A stretch of DNA of 43,226 nucleotides from a virus. Made by a program: the position numbers and the translations under genes. The DNA is taken from the IMG/VR virus record IMGVR_UViG_3300025006_000005. One strand, given 5' to 3'. Positions 8,694-17,946 of the stretch are shown in pieces. The notes beneath the pieces were generated by a model that saw nothing but the letters and a program-made list of their open reading frames with translations, had not been told where the DNA came from and ran no database searches. How positions within the stretch are numbered: position 1 is the stretch's first letter; each line of letters starts with the position of its first letter.

Positions 8694-9083
8694 TTAGGCT
8701 TCGTCGAGAACGAAGAGGAAGGTGAGCACCGCGTGCTCTGTGATGCCGTCGGGATCGCGCAGGACGCGGCTCGTATCGAGGCGGCACGAGACGACGGAAA
8801 AGCCGCTCACGGCCGATATGGCGAGGATGGCCGCCGCGGCGTCGGCGACGAGGCCCTTGATCTCCGCCTTTGAACCGTTCGCCGGATGTGACCAGATATG
8901 AACGTCCGGATAGATCTCGAACCCCGCGCCGCAGTCGAATTCGTCGGGAATGGTCTGTTCGTCGCCGATCGTCACATAGGGGAAGGCCGCGCTCGGCGGC
9001 GGATTGTCATAGACGCGCCCGCCGGCGACATCGGCCGCCGTCAGCGCATCGAACAGCGCCTTCTGCAGCTGCGCCCCGATCAT
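8694..9083 (-). CDS. Tail completion/terminator protein (DUF3168-like)
   Basis: 129 aa, with ..RVYDNPPPSAAFPYVTIGDEQ... Lies between the gp10-like and tube genes. Confidence 0.7.
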   Translation of the reverse strand: MIGAQLQKALFDALTAADVAGGRVYDNPPPSAAFPYVTIGDEQTIPDEFDCGAGFEIYPDVHIWSHPANGSKAEIKGLVADAAAAILAISAVSGFSVVSCRLDTSRVLRDPDGITEHAVLTFLFVLDEA

Positions 9084-9556
9084 GACTGTCCTGCCGCCAC
9101 GGCCTTCGCGGCCTTCGTGGTGGCCCGCGTGATGCGGCTTTTGACCCGCTTGCGCGTCAGCCGGTAGGCGGGGAAGAAATAGGGCCGTGCCGTCGCGCCC
9201 GGATGGTGATAGCCGACGCGCGGATTGTTCGGTTGCTCATGCGGAGCCGTGCCGAACTCGACCAGCGCCGCATACCAGGCCCTGGCGCTGCCGGCGTGGA
9301 TCGTCACCATCAGGTCGGGATCGCCGACATTGCTGCCGCCGCCGAAGGTGCGCACATTGGCGTTCTCGGGCTTGTAGTCGCCGAAGGTGTAACCGATCGA
9401 GGCCGCCAGCGCGCCGGTCTTCTTCGGCGCGAAGTTACGGGCCGTTTCCGCCATCTCGGAAGCCGAAACATCGAGCGCATCGTGGATCTGCGCGCGCGCG
9501 ACCTTCGGCATGGCGAGCAGCTTTTGACGCAGCCTGTCCTTGCCCTCGATATTCAC
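9080..9556 (-). CDS. HK97 gp10-family head-tail protein
   Basis: The start was trimmed to the GTG at 9556, which forms a GTGA overlap with the upstream stop. Motifs: ...KKTGALAASIGY... and WYAALVEFGT. Confidence 0.75.
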   Translation of the reverse strand: MNIEGKDRLRQKLLAMPKVARAQIHDALDVSASEMAETARNFAPKKTGALAASIGYTFGDYKPENANVRTFGGGSNVGDPDLMVTIHAGSARAWYAALVEFGTAPHEQPNNPRVGYHHPGATARPYFFPAYRLTRKRVKSRITRATTKAAKAVAAGQS

Positions 9557-9894
9557 GTCGCCACGCCCTTTTCGCAGAGGAAATCGATCGAAAGCCGGTC
9601 GTCCGACGGCGTCACGTCGCGGATGTTGAAGATGTCGCCGGTGCGCGTGTCGCGCACCCGCCAGTCCGTCGTCACCGCGCGCGAGGCGGCAGAGGAACGG
9701 ACCGTGACGATCTGTTGATGCTTGCCGGCCAGCCTCGCCGCCATGACCGTCTCGCCGCCGCGCAGATGCACGAATCCGGCGCGGCAGGAAAACTGCTCCT
9801 GCCAACCGAGCGTCGTGCCGCCATAGCCGTCGGCCGCCTCAACCGGGCTGTCGAAGGCGACGCCGTGGATGAGCTCACCGGCCCGCATCGCCAC
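9553..9894 (-). CDS. Head-tail adaptor / head-closure protein
   Basis: 113 aa. ..GGTTLGWQEQFSCRAGFVHLRGGE...VRDTRTGDIFNIRDV is typical of the Phage_H_T_join family. Confidence 0.75.
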   Translation of the reverse strand: MAMRAGELIHGVAFDSPVEAADGYGGTTLGWQEQFSCRAGFVHLRGGETVMAARLAGKHQQIVTVRSSAASRAVTTDWRVRDTRTGDIFNIRDVTPSDDRLSIDFLCEKGVAT

Positions 9895-10078
9895 CCGCTT
9901 CTTCTTCGCCGCCCACGTCTTCCGCCGCCTCCTGCTCGATCCGCCCGGAGGCGAGCGCCTTGGCCGCGCATTCGCGCGTGACGTTCTTCGTCATTCCGGC
10001 CTTGTAGGCGACCGTCACCCGCCCGCCCATCGCCTCGGGCGAGAAATCGAAGTCGCGCGTGAAGGTCACCCACACCAT
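9875..10078 (-). CDS. Hypothetical small protein
   Basis: 67-aa ORF in the operon, coupled to its neighbours. No motif recognised. Confidence 0.4.
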   Translation of the reverse strand: MVWVTFTRDFDFSPEAMGGRVTVAYKAGMTKNVTRECAAKALASGRIEQEAAEDVGGEEEAGGDAGR

Positions 10079-10491
10079 CAGGCGAGCGCCACGCCAGGCG
10101 CCTGGATGTCGACGGTCAGGACGCTCGTCGACTTGCCCATGCCGATGATCGCCGGATAATCGCCCGAGGCGACGTCCGCGACCGGGCAGATCCCGCCCGC
10201 CGTGCCCGACAGGTAATAGGCGACGCCCGCCTCGATCGTCGCGCCGATCGTCACGTCGCCGGAGCGCACGATGGCGAGCGGCTGGCCGTCCGATGCGCCG
10301 TTGAGCGCGATGCCGCGCGGGGTGCGCACTTCTGCCGTCGCCGAATTGTCGTCGGCCAGCTTGTAGCGCCCCGTCGCGCTGTCGAGATAGACCGCCTGAC
10401 CGGCGGTGATCGTCGCGCCGGCGGTGCCCTTTTCAATTATCGCATTCGAGCCGGCGACGACATTCGCCGCAGTAATGGTAAGGTCGGCCAT
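10078..10491 (-). CDS. Hypothetical structural protein (possible decoration/DUF2190-like)
   Basis: 137 aa, Ala/Gly-rich beta-type sequence in the head module. The family guess is weak. Confidence 0.4.
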   Translation of the reverse strand: MADLTITAANVVAGSNAIIEKGTAGATITAGQAVYLDSATGRYKLADDNSATAEVRTPRGIALNGASDGQPLAIVRSGDVTIGATIEAGVAYYLSGTAGGICPVADVASGDYPAIIGMGKSTSVLTVDIQAPGVALA

Positions 10492-10516
10492 GGTGGGGGT
10501 CTCCGGTTGGGACAGT

Positions 10517-11116
10517 CTAGAGTGATTGCCGCCGATAAGGCTCGATCAGCATCGAAACGCCGAGAGGCACTTCCAGCGGCGCATTGTTGCGGCCGTCCTC
10601 GACAGCACTGCGATTCCCGTACCAGTGGGTCGCGAGCATCATGATCGCATGGCGGATCGCTTCTGGAACCGCGCTGGAATCAGCCCCGTAGCCGGCCGTC
10701 ATGGTGATCTGTAACCCATCGCGGCGGTTGTAGTAGATCGTCGGATAGGTGAACGCGTCCTTGAACCAGACGTTCGACCCGTCAATGTCCTGCAGGAGGT
10801 CGTAGAGCGACGAATCCACGATCTGCTTGACGTTCTCGGCGTCATAATAGGCGATCTCGACGACTGACACGTCCGGGAAGGGAAGCTTGATGTAGCGGCA
10901 GGTCGGCCAGTACCAGAAATCCTGCCGCCATTGCTGGTTGATGAGGCACCGCCCCAGAATGCCCGTCCAGCCGTCCAGATGAGCGGTCGCGGCCGCAACG
11001 AGGCGGTCGAGCACAACGTCGTCATCGAAGAAATCCGCGGCGACGACCTGCGCCTTGATCTCCGCCGTCGTGACGACAGGCTTCGCTGGCGCGGCGACGA
11101 GAACAGGACGGAGCAT
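10517..11116 (-). CDS. Head-tail connector (gp6-like, DNA-packaging protein family)
   Basis: 199 aa. TTAEIKAQVVAADFFDDDVVLDRLVAAATAHLDGWTG is typical of gp6-like connector proteins. Confidence 0.7.
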   Translation of the reverse strand: MLRPVLVAAPAKPVVTTAEIKAQVVAADFFDDDVVLDRLVAAATAHLDGWTGILGRCLINQQWRQDFWYWPTCRYIKLPFPDVSVVEIAYYDAENVKQIVDSSLYDLLQDIDGSNVWFKDAFTYPTIYYNRRDGLQITMTAGYGADSSAVPEAIRHAIMMLATHWYGNRSAVEDGRNNAPLEVPLGVSMLIEPYRRQSL

Positions 11117-11119
11117 GGA

Positions 11120-11380
11120 TTATTCGGCCTTCTTCGCCGCGTCTTCGGCCGCCTTCTTGTCGGCCTCGTCCTTCGCTTTTGCCTCGGCTGCGGCCCTGGC
11201 AGCCGCATCGTCGGCTTCCCTCCTGGTTTCGGCCCTCTCCGGCTTGATCTCGATGGCCCACTTCTCGCGCACAGCCACCGTGGCGAGCTCGCCTTCGATG
11301 ATGTCGTCCTTGCGAAAGGTCCGCGTCACCGCTTCATGATCCTGCCGGCCTTTGAATTCCCTGATCACCTTCGCCTGCAT
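11120..11380 (-). CDS. Hypothetical protein with Lys/Ala/Glu-rich tail
   Basis: The start was trimmed to the ATG at 11380 (AAGGA upstream). The ORF-track start at 11398 is a TTG. Confidence 0.45.
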   Translation of the reverse strand: MQAKVIREFKGRQDHEAVTRTFRKDDIIEGELATVAVREKWAIEIKPERAETRREADDAAARAAAEAKAKDEADKKAAEDAAKKAE

Positions 11381-11408
11381 GGCATCGTTCCTTCTCAAAT
11401 TGCGGAAG

Positions 11409-11432
11409 ACGGGCGGCTGTCGAGCCGCCCGT
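11409..11432 (-). terminator. Perfect 10-bp GC hairpin after the 145-aa gene (attenuator/RNA-stability element; no U-tract)
   Basis: ACGGGCGGCT-GTCG-AGCCGCCCGT read on the plus strand. Confidence 0.35.
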
Positions 11433-11453
11433 TCGGCTCAACCGGAAGCCCTA

Positions 11454-11891
11454 TCAGGCCTGGTCCGCCTGCGGATTGTCGTAGCCGTATTCCTTCTCGC
11501 AGAGCGCGGCGATCGGGGTTCCGGTCCCGTGCGTGCCGGAAAAGTCGGCGAGGAGCTTGAGGTAACGCTTGCCGCCGATATAGCCGAAGCGCGACACCGT
11601 CGCGGCGGCATGGGCGGAGGTCAGCGACTTGATGATGCCGTTCGAAATGCCCGAGACGCCCAGCATGTCGGCATCGGTGACGTTGGTATAGGTGCTGTCG
11701 TCGTCGGAATGCGTGAGCACGAACTCGATCTTGTTGGTGTCGCTGAACGTTATGCCGCCAGCGCCGATCGCGAGCACGACCTCGGCGCCTGCATAGCCCT
11801 GAAGATCGACGGCAGCGGGCGTATTGTCGGCCGCCAACGTGGCTGCGCCGATCAGGATGTCGTATGTGGATTCGGAATGAACGTCCTTCAT
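11454..11891 (-). CDS. Hypothetical head-module protein
   Basis: 145-aa ORF directly after the capsid gene. No motif recognised. Confidence 0.5.
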   Translation of the reverse strand: MKDVHSESTYDILIGAATLAADNTPAAVDLQGYAGAEVVLAIGAGGITFSDTNKIEFVLTHSDDDSTYTNVTDADMLGVSGISNGIIKSLTSAHAAATVSRFGYIGGKRYLKLLADFSGTHGTGTPIAALCEKEYGYDNPQADQA

Positions 11892-11924
11892 CGGACTGGT
11901 CCTTTCGAGAGAATGGATGGACGA

Positions 11925-11948
11925 GGCGGGCGGCCGGAGCCGCCCGCT
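11925..11948 (-). terminator. 9-bp GC hairpin directly after the major capsid stop (attenuator/RNA-stability element; no clear U-tract)
   Basis: GCGGGCGGC-CGGA-GCCGCCCGC, located 16 nt from the TAA at 11964-66. Confidence 0.35.
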
Positions 11949-11963
11949 GGTTCGTCATCGCCC

Positions 11964-13244
11964 TTAGGTCGAGATCTTCAGGAGCTTGAAGGCTTCGAAG
12001 TTCTGGACGCCGCCACCCACGCGCTTGGTCGTGTAGAAATGGACGTAGGGCTTGTTGGTGTAGGGATCGCGCAGGACGCGCACTCCCTGGCGGTCGATGA
12101 TCAGATAGCCGCGTTTGAAATCGCCGAAGGCGATCGGGAAGGCGTTGGCTCCGATGTCGGGCATGTTGTCGTCATCGGTGATCGGATAGCTCGCGAACGT
12201 TGCCGGCTGGCCTGCCTGCAACGAGGGCTGCCACAGATATTGGCCGTAGCTGTCCTTCAGCTTGCGCACCGTGCCCTGCGTGAACCGGTTCATGATGAAA
12301 CCGGCATTCTGGCGATAGCCCTGCTTGAGCGCATAGATGAGATCGATCATCGCGTCCGCGCCATTATGTGAGCCATCGCTGAGCGCGGCGGCGACGCCGG
12401 ACACCTTGTAGCCGATCTTGCCCCAGGCATAGGAATCATCGGCGACGGTGTCGTAGCCGAGGATGCCGCGCGGCTTGTTCACGCCGTCACCGGTGACGAA
12501 GGCCGCCCCCTCCTGTTCGGCGAAGATGATTCCCACCTCGCTCGAAAGCCAGTCCGCGATGTTGATGCGGGCGTCGTCGAGCGTGTTCTGCGTTGCAGCC
12601 GGGTTGGCGTAGACCTCCATCGTCTCGAAGACGAGTTCGCGCAGCGTCGGCGTTGCCGTTTCCGGTCGCGCGGCCTTTTCGCCAACCCACCCGTAACCGG
12701 CTCCGCCCTGCCCGACGAGCTTCTTGTAGAGGTTCGTCGAGATGGGCATCACCTGGGCGATGTTGCGCATGCTCGACACGGTCATCAGCACGCGATCGAT
12801 CGCGCTCTCTTCCTGCTCCGGAACGACATAGCCGCCGTCGGGATCCGAGGAGGATGTGACCGCCGCCTTGACCTCGAGCTCGCGCAGCGCGTTCTCCTCC
12901 CGACCCTTGCGGAACCAGGTGCGGAAAGCCTTGGCATGCTCGATCTTGTCGGGATCGCTTTCGGTGCCGTTCTGGCCTCCGACGCGCGCGGCCGCAAGTG
13001 CCGCGTTGACATCGTCGAGCGCAGACTGAAGTTTCGTGATATCGGCATTGATGCGCTCGACCTTCTCGGTCTTCACGACATCATTGAAACCTGCCTTGAC
13101 CTCCTTCAGTTTCTCCTCATTCTCGGCCTTGAAGGCTTCGAACGTGCGCTGAAGCTCGGTCAGGATCTTGGTCGGATCGGTGCTATCCGCGCGAACGCCG
13201 ACCAACCCGCGAGCGCGGGCCTTGAGATGGGTGCTCATCATCAT
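11964..13244 (-). CDS. Major capsid protein, HK97 family
   Basis: 426 aa. An N-terminal coiled delta-like region is followed by ..GGYVVPEQ.., ..AATQNTLDDA.. and FVTGDGVNKPRGIL. Lies after the protease gene. Confidence 0.92.
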   Translation of the reverse strand: MMMSTHLKARARGLVGVRADSTDPTKILTELQRTFEAFKAENEEKLKEVKAGFNDVVKTEKVERINADITKLQSALDDVNAALAAARVGGQNGTESDPDKIEHAKAFRTWFRKGREENALRELEVKAAVTSSSDPDGGYVVPEQEESAIDRVLMTVSSMRNIAQVMPISTNLYKKLVGQGGAGYGWVGEKAARPETATPTLRELVFETMEVYANPAATQNTLDDARINIADWLSSEVGIIFAEQEGAAFVTGDGVNKPRGILGYDTVADDSYAWGKIGYKVSGVAAALSDGSHNGADAMIDLIYALKQGYRQNAGFIMNRFTQGTVRKLKDSYGQYLWQPSLQAGQPATFASYPITDDDNMPDIGANAFPIAFGDFKRGYLIIDRQGVRVLRDPYTNKPYVHFYTTKRVGGGVQNFEAFKLLKIST

Positions 13245-13247
13245 CTC

Positions 13248-14093
13248 CTATGAGCGAATTGTTTCAATCAGCCGCGCCACGGCGGCTTGGTCGAGGACAG
13301 CGTCGCGCATGTCCGTCGGGACAGCGTCGCGCATGCCCCCTGCTGCCGCCTCGAGCATCCGGCGCCGCTCGGAACGCGGAACGCCTTGCTGCGCGAGGAG
13401 CGCATCCAGTTGCCGCTTCGCGGCGATCTCCGGGCGCAAGCGAGCGCTCGCTCCCCCTTCATTCTTCGGAGCCTCGGTCACGGCGTCCGCAAAGCCCTTC
13501 GCTACGGCGTCCTTTGCCGTCAGGAAGGTCTCTGCATCCATCAGCGCCGTGATGTCCGCCCGCTTCTGGCCGGTGCGGGCCTCATAGATGTCCGTCATGG
13601 CCGCATCGATCTGGCCGAGCGTCTGCGCCGCGTCCGTCAGGTCGTGACGGTTTCCGATCACCACGCCCCAGGCGTTATGGATCATGATGAAGGTGCCAAG
13701 ACCCATATTGATCTGGTCGCCGGCCATCGCGATGATCGAGGCTGCGGAGGCAGCAATGCCCATGACCTCGATTGTCACCTTGCCCTGGTGCTGGACAAGC
13801 TGATTGTAGATCGTCAGGCCCTCGAAGACGCTGCCGCCGGGCGAGTTGATCTTGACCGTCACATCGGCATTGCCGATCGAGCGCAGCGCCGCGTTCATGC
13901 GCTGCGCCGTGAAGCCGCCGCCGGTCCACATATCCTCGCCGATCACGTCATAGATCGTGATCGTGTTCGCATCCGACTTTCCGGCATCGGCCGAAAATTC
14001 CGTCCACCGCGCCAGCGCATCCGAAGGCACGTCCCACGAATAGCCCTGCGGTGCTGCGAGCGCCTTTGCTTCAGGAAGCTTGCGAAGGGTCAT
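13248..14093 (-). CDS. Prohead protease (ClpP/S14-like)
   Basis: 281 aa. VKINSPGGSVFEGLTIYNQL...GIAASAASIIAMAGD is typical of ClpP-type head maturation proteases. Confidence 0.88.
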   Translation of the reverse strand: MTLRKLPEAKALAAPQGYSWDVPSDALARWTEFSADAGKSDANTITIYDVIGEDMWTGGGFTAQRMNAALRSIGNADVTVKINSPGGSVFEGLTIYNQLVQHQGKVTIEVMGIAASAASIIAMAGDQINMGLGTFIMIHNAWGVVIGNRHDLTDAAQTLGQIDAAMTDIYEARTGQKRADITALMDAETFLTAKDAVAKGFADAVTEAPKNEGGASARLRPEIAAKRQLDALLAQQGVPRSERRRMLEAAAGGMRDAVPTDMRDAVLDQAAVARLIETIRS

Positions 14094-15351
14094 TCTGACC
14101 TCCCTGCGGGTCCGATGCAGATTTGCCAGCCGTGTTCGGCGGCGGATAGAAGATGTCGCCGCCTTCGCGAGGGTTCATGTCTTCCACCGCGCGGATCTCG
14201 TTTGGACTGACGACACCCCATTGCAGCGCCTGGACATGCGCTGCCCAACGGGTCTTGATGTCGCCACGCACCAGCGCGGCCCGATTGAAACGGAAATAGA
14301 GCTCGGCATCCGTCTGCGGGATCAGATCGCGGTTGCCCGCCTCCTCCCACATCGTCAGGTGATCTTCGAGCGTATAGGCGACAAAACCCAGAGACTGCTG
14401 CTCGATGCCGGTGCCCCAGCTGGTCGACTTGTCGGTGTCGCCGATCATGTGCGGCGGCACACCGAAGAACATGGCGATATCCGACCGGGAAAACTTGCGG
14501 CTTTCGATCCACTGCGCATCGTCGGCCGTCATCGTCAGCCGTTCGGCGGTGATTCCGTCCTCGAGGACCATCCACGCGCCGGCACGATCGCCGCCCATGC
14601 GGAAATCATCCATTGCCTCGCGCAGATTCGACCGGCCTTCCGGCCCGAGCCTCTTGTCCGATTTCAGGTAGCCGCCGACATTCAGCCCGTTCTTGAACTG
14701 CGTTGCGCCGTGGCGTTCCTCGGCCAGCGCCAGCCCAATCGTCTCGCGGGCATAGGTGATTGGCGTGACGCCGGTAATTCCGTCGAGCGTAAGGCCCGCG
14801 AGATGCAACACCTCGTTCTGCCGGAAGACCTGGCTGGTCCCATCCGTGCGGGTCCACGTGAACTTGAGCGTCAGGTCGGGGTTCTGTTCGATCCTCACCC
14901 TGTCAGGGTGTAGCGGGATTAGCTCCTGCACGCCCCTTGTCCCTGGCACCTTCAGGGCAACGCCGTTGCCGCGCAGCAGCACGTGGGCCTGCATCATTCG
15001 GCGAAACTGGCTGGGCGTCTGCCAGCGATTGGGCTTGCGGCGCACGAGCTGCCACAGTTGCGAGTCCGAGGCGTCCTCCCGCGTCCGGGCATCGATCCTG
15101 CGCTTGACGTGCAAAGGCAGCGTCGCGACGGCTCCTGAAATGATCCGCACGCACGCATAGACCGCCGCCACCTTCATGGCAGTCGTGGCGTTGACCTGCT
15201 GTCCGGACCAGGACGCGCCATCCTGGCCGCGCAGGAACTCGTCAAGCTCCCATGAATTGGCGATGACGCGACCACCAGACGGGCTTTGCGTGGCAGCCTG
15301 CGGCGCCGGCGTTCTGTCACCGCCGCGGAACCAGTCGAAAAGTCCCATCAT
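14071..15351 (-). CDS. Portal protein, HK97 family
   Basis: 426 aa, between TerL and the protease. Typical portal sequence: ..VYACVRIISGAVATLPLHV.. and FGVPPHMIGD. Confidence 0.92.
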   Translation of the reverse strand: MMGLFDWFRGGDRTPAPQAATQSPSGGRVIANSWELDEFLRGQDGASWSGQQVNATTAMKVAAVYACVRIISGAVATLPLHVKRRIDARTREDASDSQLWQLVRRKPNRWQTPSQFRRMMQAHVLLRGNGVALKVPGTRGVQELIPLHPDRVRIEQNPDLTLKFTWTRTDGTSQVFRQNEVLHLAGLTLDGITGVTPITYARETIGLALAEERHGATQFKNGLNVGGYLKSDKRLGPEGRSNLREAMDDFRMGGDRAGAWMVLEDGITAERLTMTADDAQWIESRKFSRSDIAMFFGVPPHMIGDTDKSTSWGTGIEQQSLGFVAYTLEDHLTMWEEAGNRDLIPQTDAELYFRFNRAALVRGDIKTRWAAHVQALQWGVVSPNEIRAVEDMNPREGGDIFYPPPNTAGKSASDPQGGQNDPSQAS

Positions 15352-15358
15352 GTCATCC

Positions 15359-17089
15359 CTAGACGAACGCGACTTTTTCGGTCGCGTAGATGGAGGTCTT
15401 GGCGACCCCTTCCGGATTCCAGCTCATCAGGATCGCGGCGCAGAACATCGCTATCGCCGGATCGATCTTGGCGCGGCCGGCTGCCTGCTTCGTCGCCATG
15501 TTTCCGTTGCCCTTGACCTCGATCTTCACGTTGCCGACGACCCAGGCCATCATGGCCGATCCGTCGTGGCTGATCGTTCCATCCGAGAGTTTGTGCTCGA
15601 GGCCCCAAAGGGCGGGAGACAGCGCCGGGCCCTGGCGCAGCCGGTGCAGCATTGCTCCATCGATACCTTCGATCGCCATCGCGTCGACGAAGGCCGCAAT
15701 ATTGTTCGGATCGAAACCGATGGCGTTCTTTTCCGGCAGCAGCCCCGCCTCGCGCAGCCGAGCGGCAATCGCCGCGATCCGGGTGACATATTCGCTGACC
15801 TCGCAAAAGCTCAGCGAACCTTCCTCTTCGAAATCCTTCAGCCTCGAGGCGATCTCAGGCCGGATCTCGAGCACCTTCGGATGGGCGAAGGCATGGCACC
15901 ATACCAGCCAGCGCCGCGTCACCTTTTCCCGGCCGATCACGCACACGCCGAAAAGATCATCGAGGCCGCCGCCATCTGCGCCAAGCACCGCCACATCGCA
16001 GCGCGCCATCAGGTCATCCAGCGAGGCAAGTGTCGGATCGGCACGCAGCGGCCAATAGTCGGCACCGCGCCAGCTGTCGTCGCCGAGGCCGACGCCTATC
16101 TCAATATTGAGATGCTGGCTCGCCCAGATCTGCTCGGCTTCCTTGCTGACGCGCCCGTTGTTCTCATAATCGGCGAGCAGCCGTTCCATATCGATCGAAC
16201 GGCCGAGATTCGGCAGCAGAAGCGGCCAGTTCTTGCGGTCGCGCCAGAACGCTTCGTCGCGCTGGCGGTCTTCCGGGAACTCATATAGCACCGGCAGCAT
16301 GATCGGCGACGCGCCGCCCTTTCCGTCGCGGATCGCCCTCGCCTTCTTCAGTTCCGATTTCCAGATGCCGGCAGGCTGTTCGTCGGACTGGGTCGTGATC
16401 ATCAGCAATTGGCCGCCCTGCCTCGTGATGCCGCCACCGCGGATCTGCTGCATCACAGCAGGCGCCTTTGCCTTTTTGCCAAGCTCATGCACCTCATCGA
16501 CGATCGTCAGCACGGGGATCTCGCCGGTGACAATCGACGTATCGAAGGTCTTTACATCGATCGCCGTGCCCGTCTTGTGCCGCGTCACGCGCTTCAAATT
16601 GTCCTGGACGTGGAAAATCGCCTTCAGCTTTTCATCGAGACGAATCATTCCCTGCGCCTGATCGAAGCATCGCTGCGAGATGTTCTGGCTTGGCGCGACG
16701 ATCAGCATCTGGCGGTTAGGTGCCTCTTCCATGAACAGCGCGGTTAGTCCGAGCCCGGCGACATACGTCGTTTTCGAATTTTTTTTCGGGATCATGCACA
16801 GCAGCTCCCAGACGAGCCGCTGCTTGGTCTCCGGATCCTCGCTGGCGAGAAAGGCCACGAGCATGTCGCGGAACCAGTCGCCGCATGCCTCGGCCATCGT
16901 GGGGGTGCCCGGGACGTCCGGCAGACGAAGACGGTTGAAGAAGGCCAGCGCCTTGACCGCACGCGCCTCGTTGACCGGGACGTCGGCCATCGGAACGCGG
17001 CCGGACCTGATCCGCTCCCACCAGTCCGGGCAGGCGAAACGCGGCAGTGCTTTAGCAGTGTCCGGCATCATGGCCGCCGACGCGCGCAC
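15359..17089 (-). CDS. terL: Terminase large subunit
   Basis: 576 aa. Walker-A-like PKKNSKTT and TIVDEVHELG (Walker B), plus a C-terminal nuclease region. The start may be a few codons downstream (MMPDT). Confidence 0.92.
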   Translation of the reverse strand: MRASAAMMPDTAKALPRFACPDWWERIRSGRVPMADVPVNEARAVKALAFFNRLRLPDVPGTPTMAEACGDWFRDMLVAFLASEDPETKQRLVWELLCMIPKKNSKTTYVAGLGLTALFMEEAPNRQMLIVAPSQNISQRCFDQAQGMIRLDEKLKAIFHVQDNLKRVTRHKTGTAIDVKTFDTSIVTGEIPVLTIVDEVHELGKKAKAPAVMQQIRGGGITRQGGQLLMITTQSDEQPAGIWKSELKKARAIRDGKGGASPIMLPVLYEFPEDRQRDEAFWRDRKNWPLLLPNLGRSIDMERLLADYENNGRVSKEAEQIWASQHLNIEIGVGLGDDSWRGADYWPLRADPTLASLDDLMARCDVAVLGADGGGLDDLFGVCVIGREKVTRRWLVWCHAFAHPKVLEIRPEIASRLKDFEEEGSLSFCEVSEYVTRIAAIAARLREAGLLPEKNAIGFDPNNIAAFVDAMAIEGIDGAMLHRLRQGPALSPALWGLEHKLSDGTISHDGSAMMAWVVGNVKIEVKGNGNMATKQAAGRAKIDPAIAMFCAAILMSWNPEGVAKTSIYATEKVAFV

Positions 17090-17543
17090 CTTCGACCTCG
17101 AGTTCCGACATCAGGTCTTCGTCGGCCGCCATCGCGCGTTGCCGGTCGATTTCCTTCTTGCCCGGCTTGGCGTTCCGGTCGCCGGGCTGCTTTTCGCCGA
17201 GCGAAGCTTCGATCGTCATCCGGTCGTTGCGCTCGATCATCGCACCGAGCTCCTTCAGCGCCGCGATGTTGCCCGCGTTTGCCTGCTCCATCGCGATCTC
17301 GATACGCCTGGCATCGAGCCTGTCGCGCATGGCCAGGCGCTCTTTCATCTCGGCTCTAAAATATCGCTTCAGCGTCGCAAGCGAGACGCCGACCGCATTG
17401 GCGATCCGCGTATTGGACCATCCGAGGGCCAGCAACAGCTTGACTCTGTTGCGTTCTTTCTCTCGCGGTTCGAAAGGGGGACGACCCCGCTTCCCAAAAC
17501 CATCGCGGACCGGATGGCCGAACAGATCAAAATTCGGTTCCAT
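17052..17543 (-). CDS. terS: Terminase small subunit (HTH)
   Basis: The start was trimmed to the ATG at 17543 (MEPNFDLFGHP...). HTH: LLLALGWSNTRIANAVGVSLATLKRYF. Lies immediately upstream of terL and overlaps it. Confidence 0.75.
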   Translation of the reverse strand: MEPNFDLFGHPVRDGFGKRGRPPFEPREKERNRVKLLLALGWSNTRIANAVGVSLATLKRYFRAEMKERLAMRDRLDARRIEIAMEQANAGNIAALKELGAMIERNDRMTIEASLGEKQPGDRNAKPGKKEIDRQRAMAADEDLMSELEVEGARVGGHDAGHC

Positions 17544-17544
17544 C

Positions 17545-17602
17545 AAAAAAAAATCTCCAACTGAGGGGGACGCGGGTCCGCGCGAGCGACCCCTCCAGAG
17601 AT
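17545..17602 (-). terminator. Terminator-like GC hairpin followed by a U9 tract, ending 1 nt before the terS ATG; the 3' arm contains the terS SD (GGAGA)
   Basis: Minus-strand RNA: AUCUCUGGAGGGGUCGCUCGCGCGGACCCGCGUCCCCCUCAGUUGGAGAU-UUUUUUUUU-G-AUG. Confidence 0.55.
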
Positions 17603-17652
17603 TTGCCTCCCCCCCCATGCCCTGCCACCATGTGCGCCGCGCGACACGTGGC

Positions 17653-17946
17653 TCAATACCAGACCCCGCGTTGGTCAAGCGTCGCCTGCTCTGCAATCTG
17701 CGCCTCGCGGTCGTGCCATTCCTTCGACACGGCAATGAGGTTCGTCTCGTCCCAGAACAGCGCTTCGTTGCCGCGATGTTCCTTGTCGTGATGGATCACC
17801 GGGCTGTTCGGCGCCGGATGTTTGCCGATCAGCAGCACGCCCGTCTTTTGGCAAATGTATCTGTCGCGCAAAAGGATACGCTGGCGCAGCTTCTGCCAGC
17901 GCGCCGTCTTGTACCAAGCGCGCCATGGCGCTGCGCTCGTACTCAT
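17653..17946 (-). CDS. HNH endonuclease (terminase-associated)
   Basis: WYKTARWQKLRQRILLRDRYICQKTG...VIHHDKEHRGN...NLIAVSKEWHD. The start is uncertain: ATGs at 17946 and 17973, ORF open to 18063. Confidence 0.85.
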   Translation of the reverse strand: MSTSAAPWRAWYKTARWQKLRQRILLRDRYICQKTGVLLIGKHPAPNSPVIHHDKEHRGNEALFWDETNLIAVSKEWHDREAQIAEQATLDQRGVWY

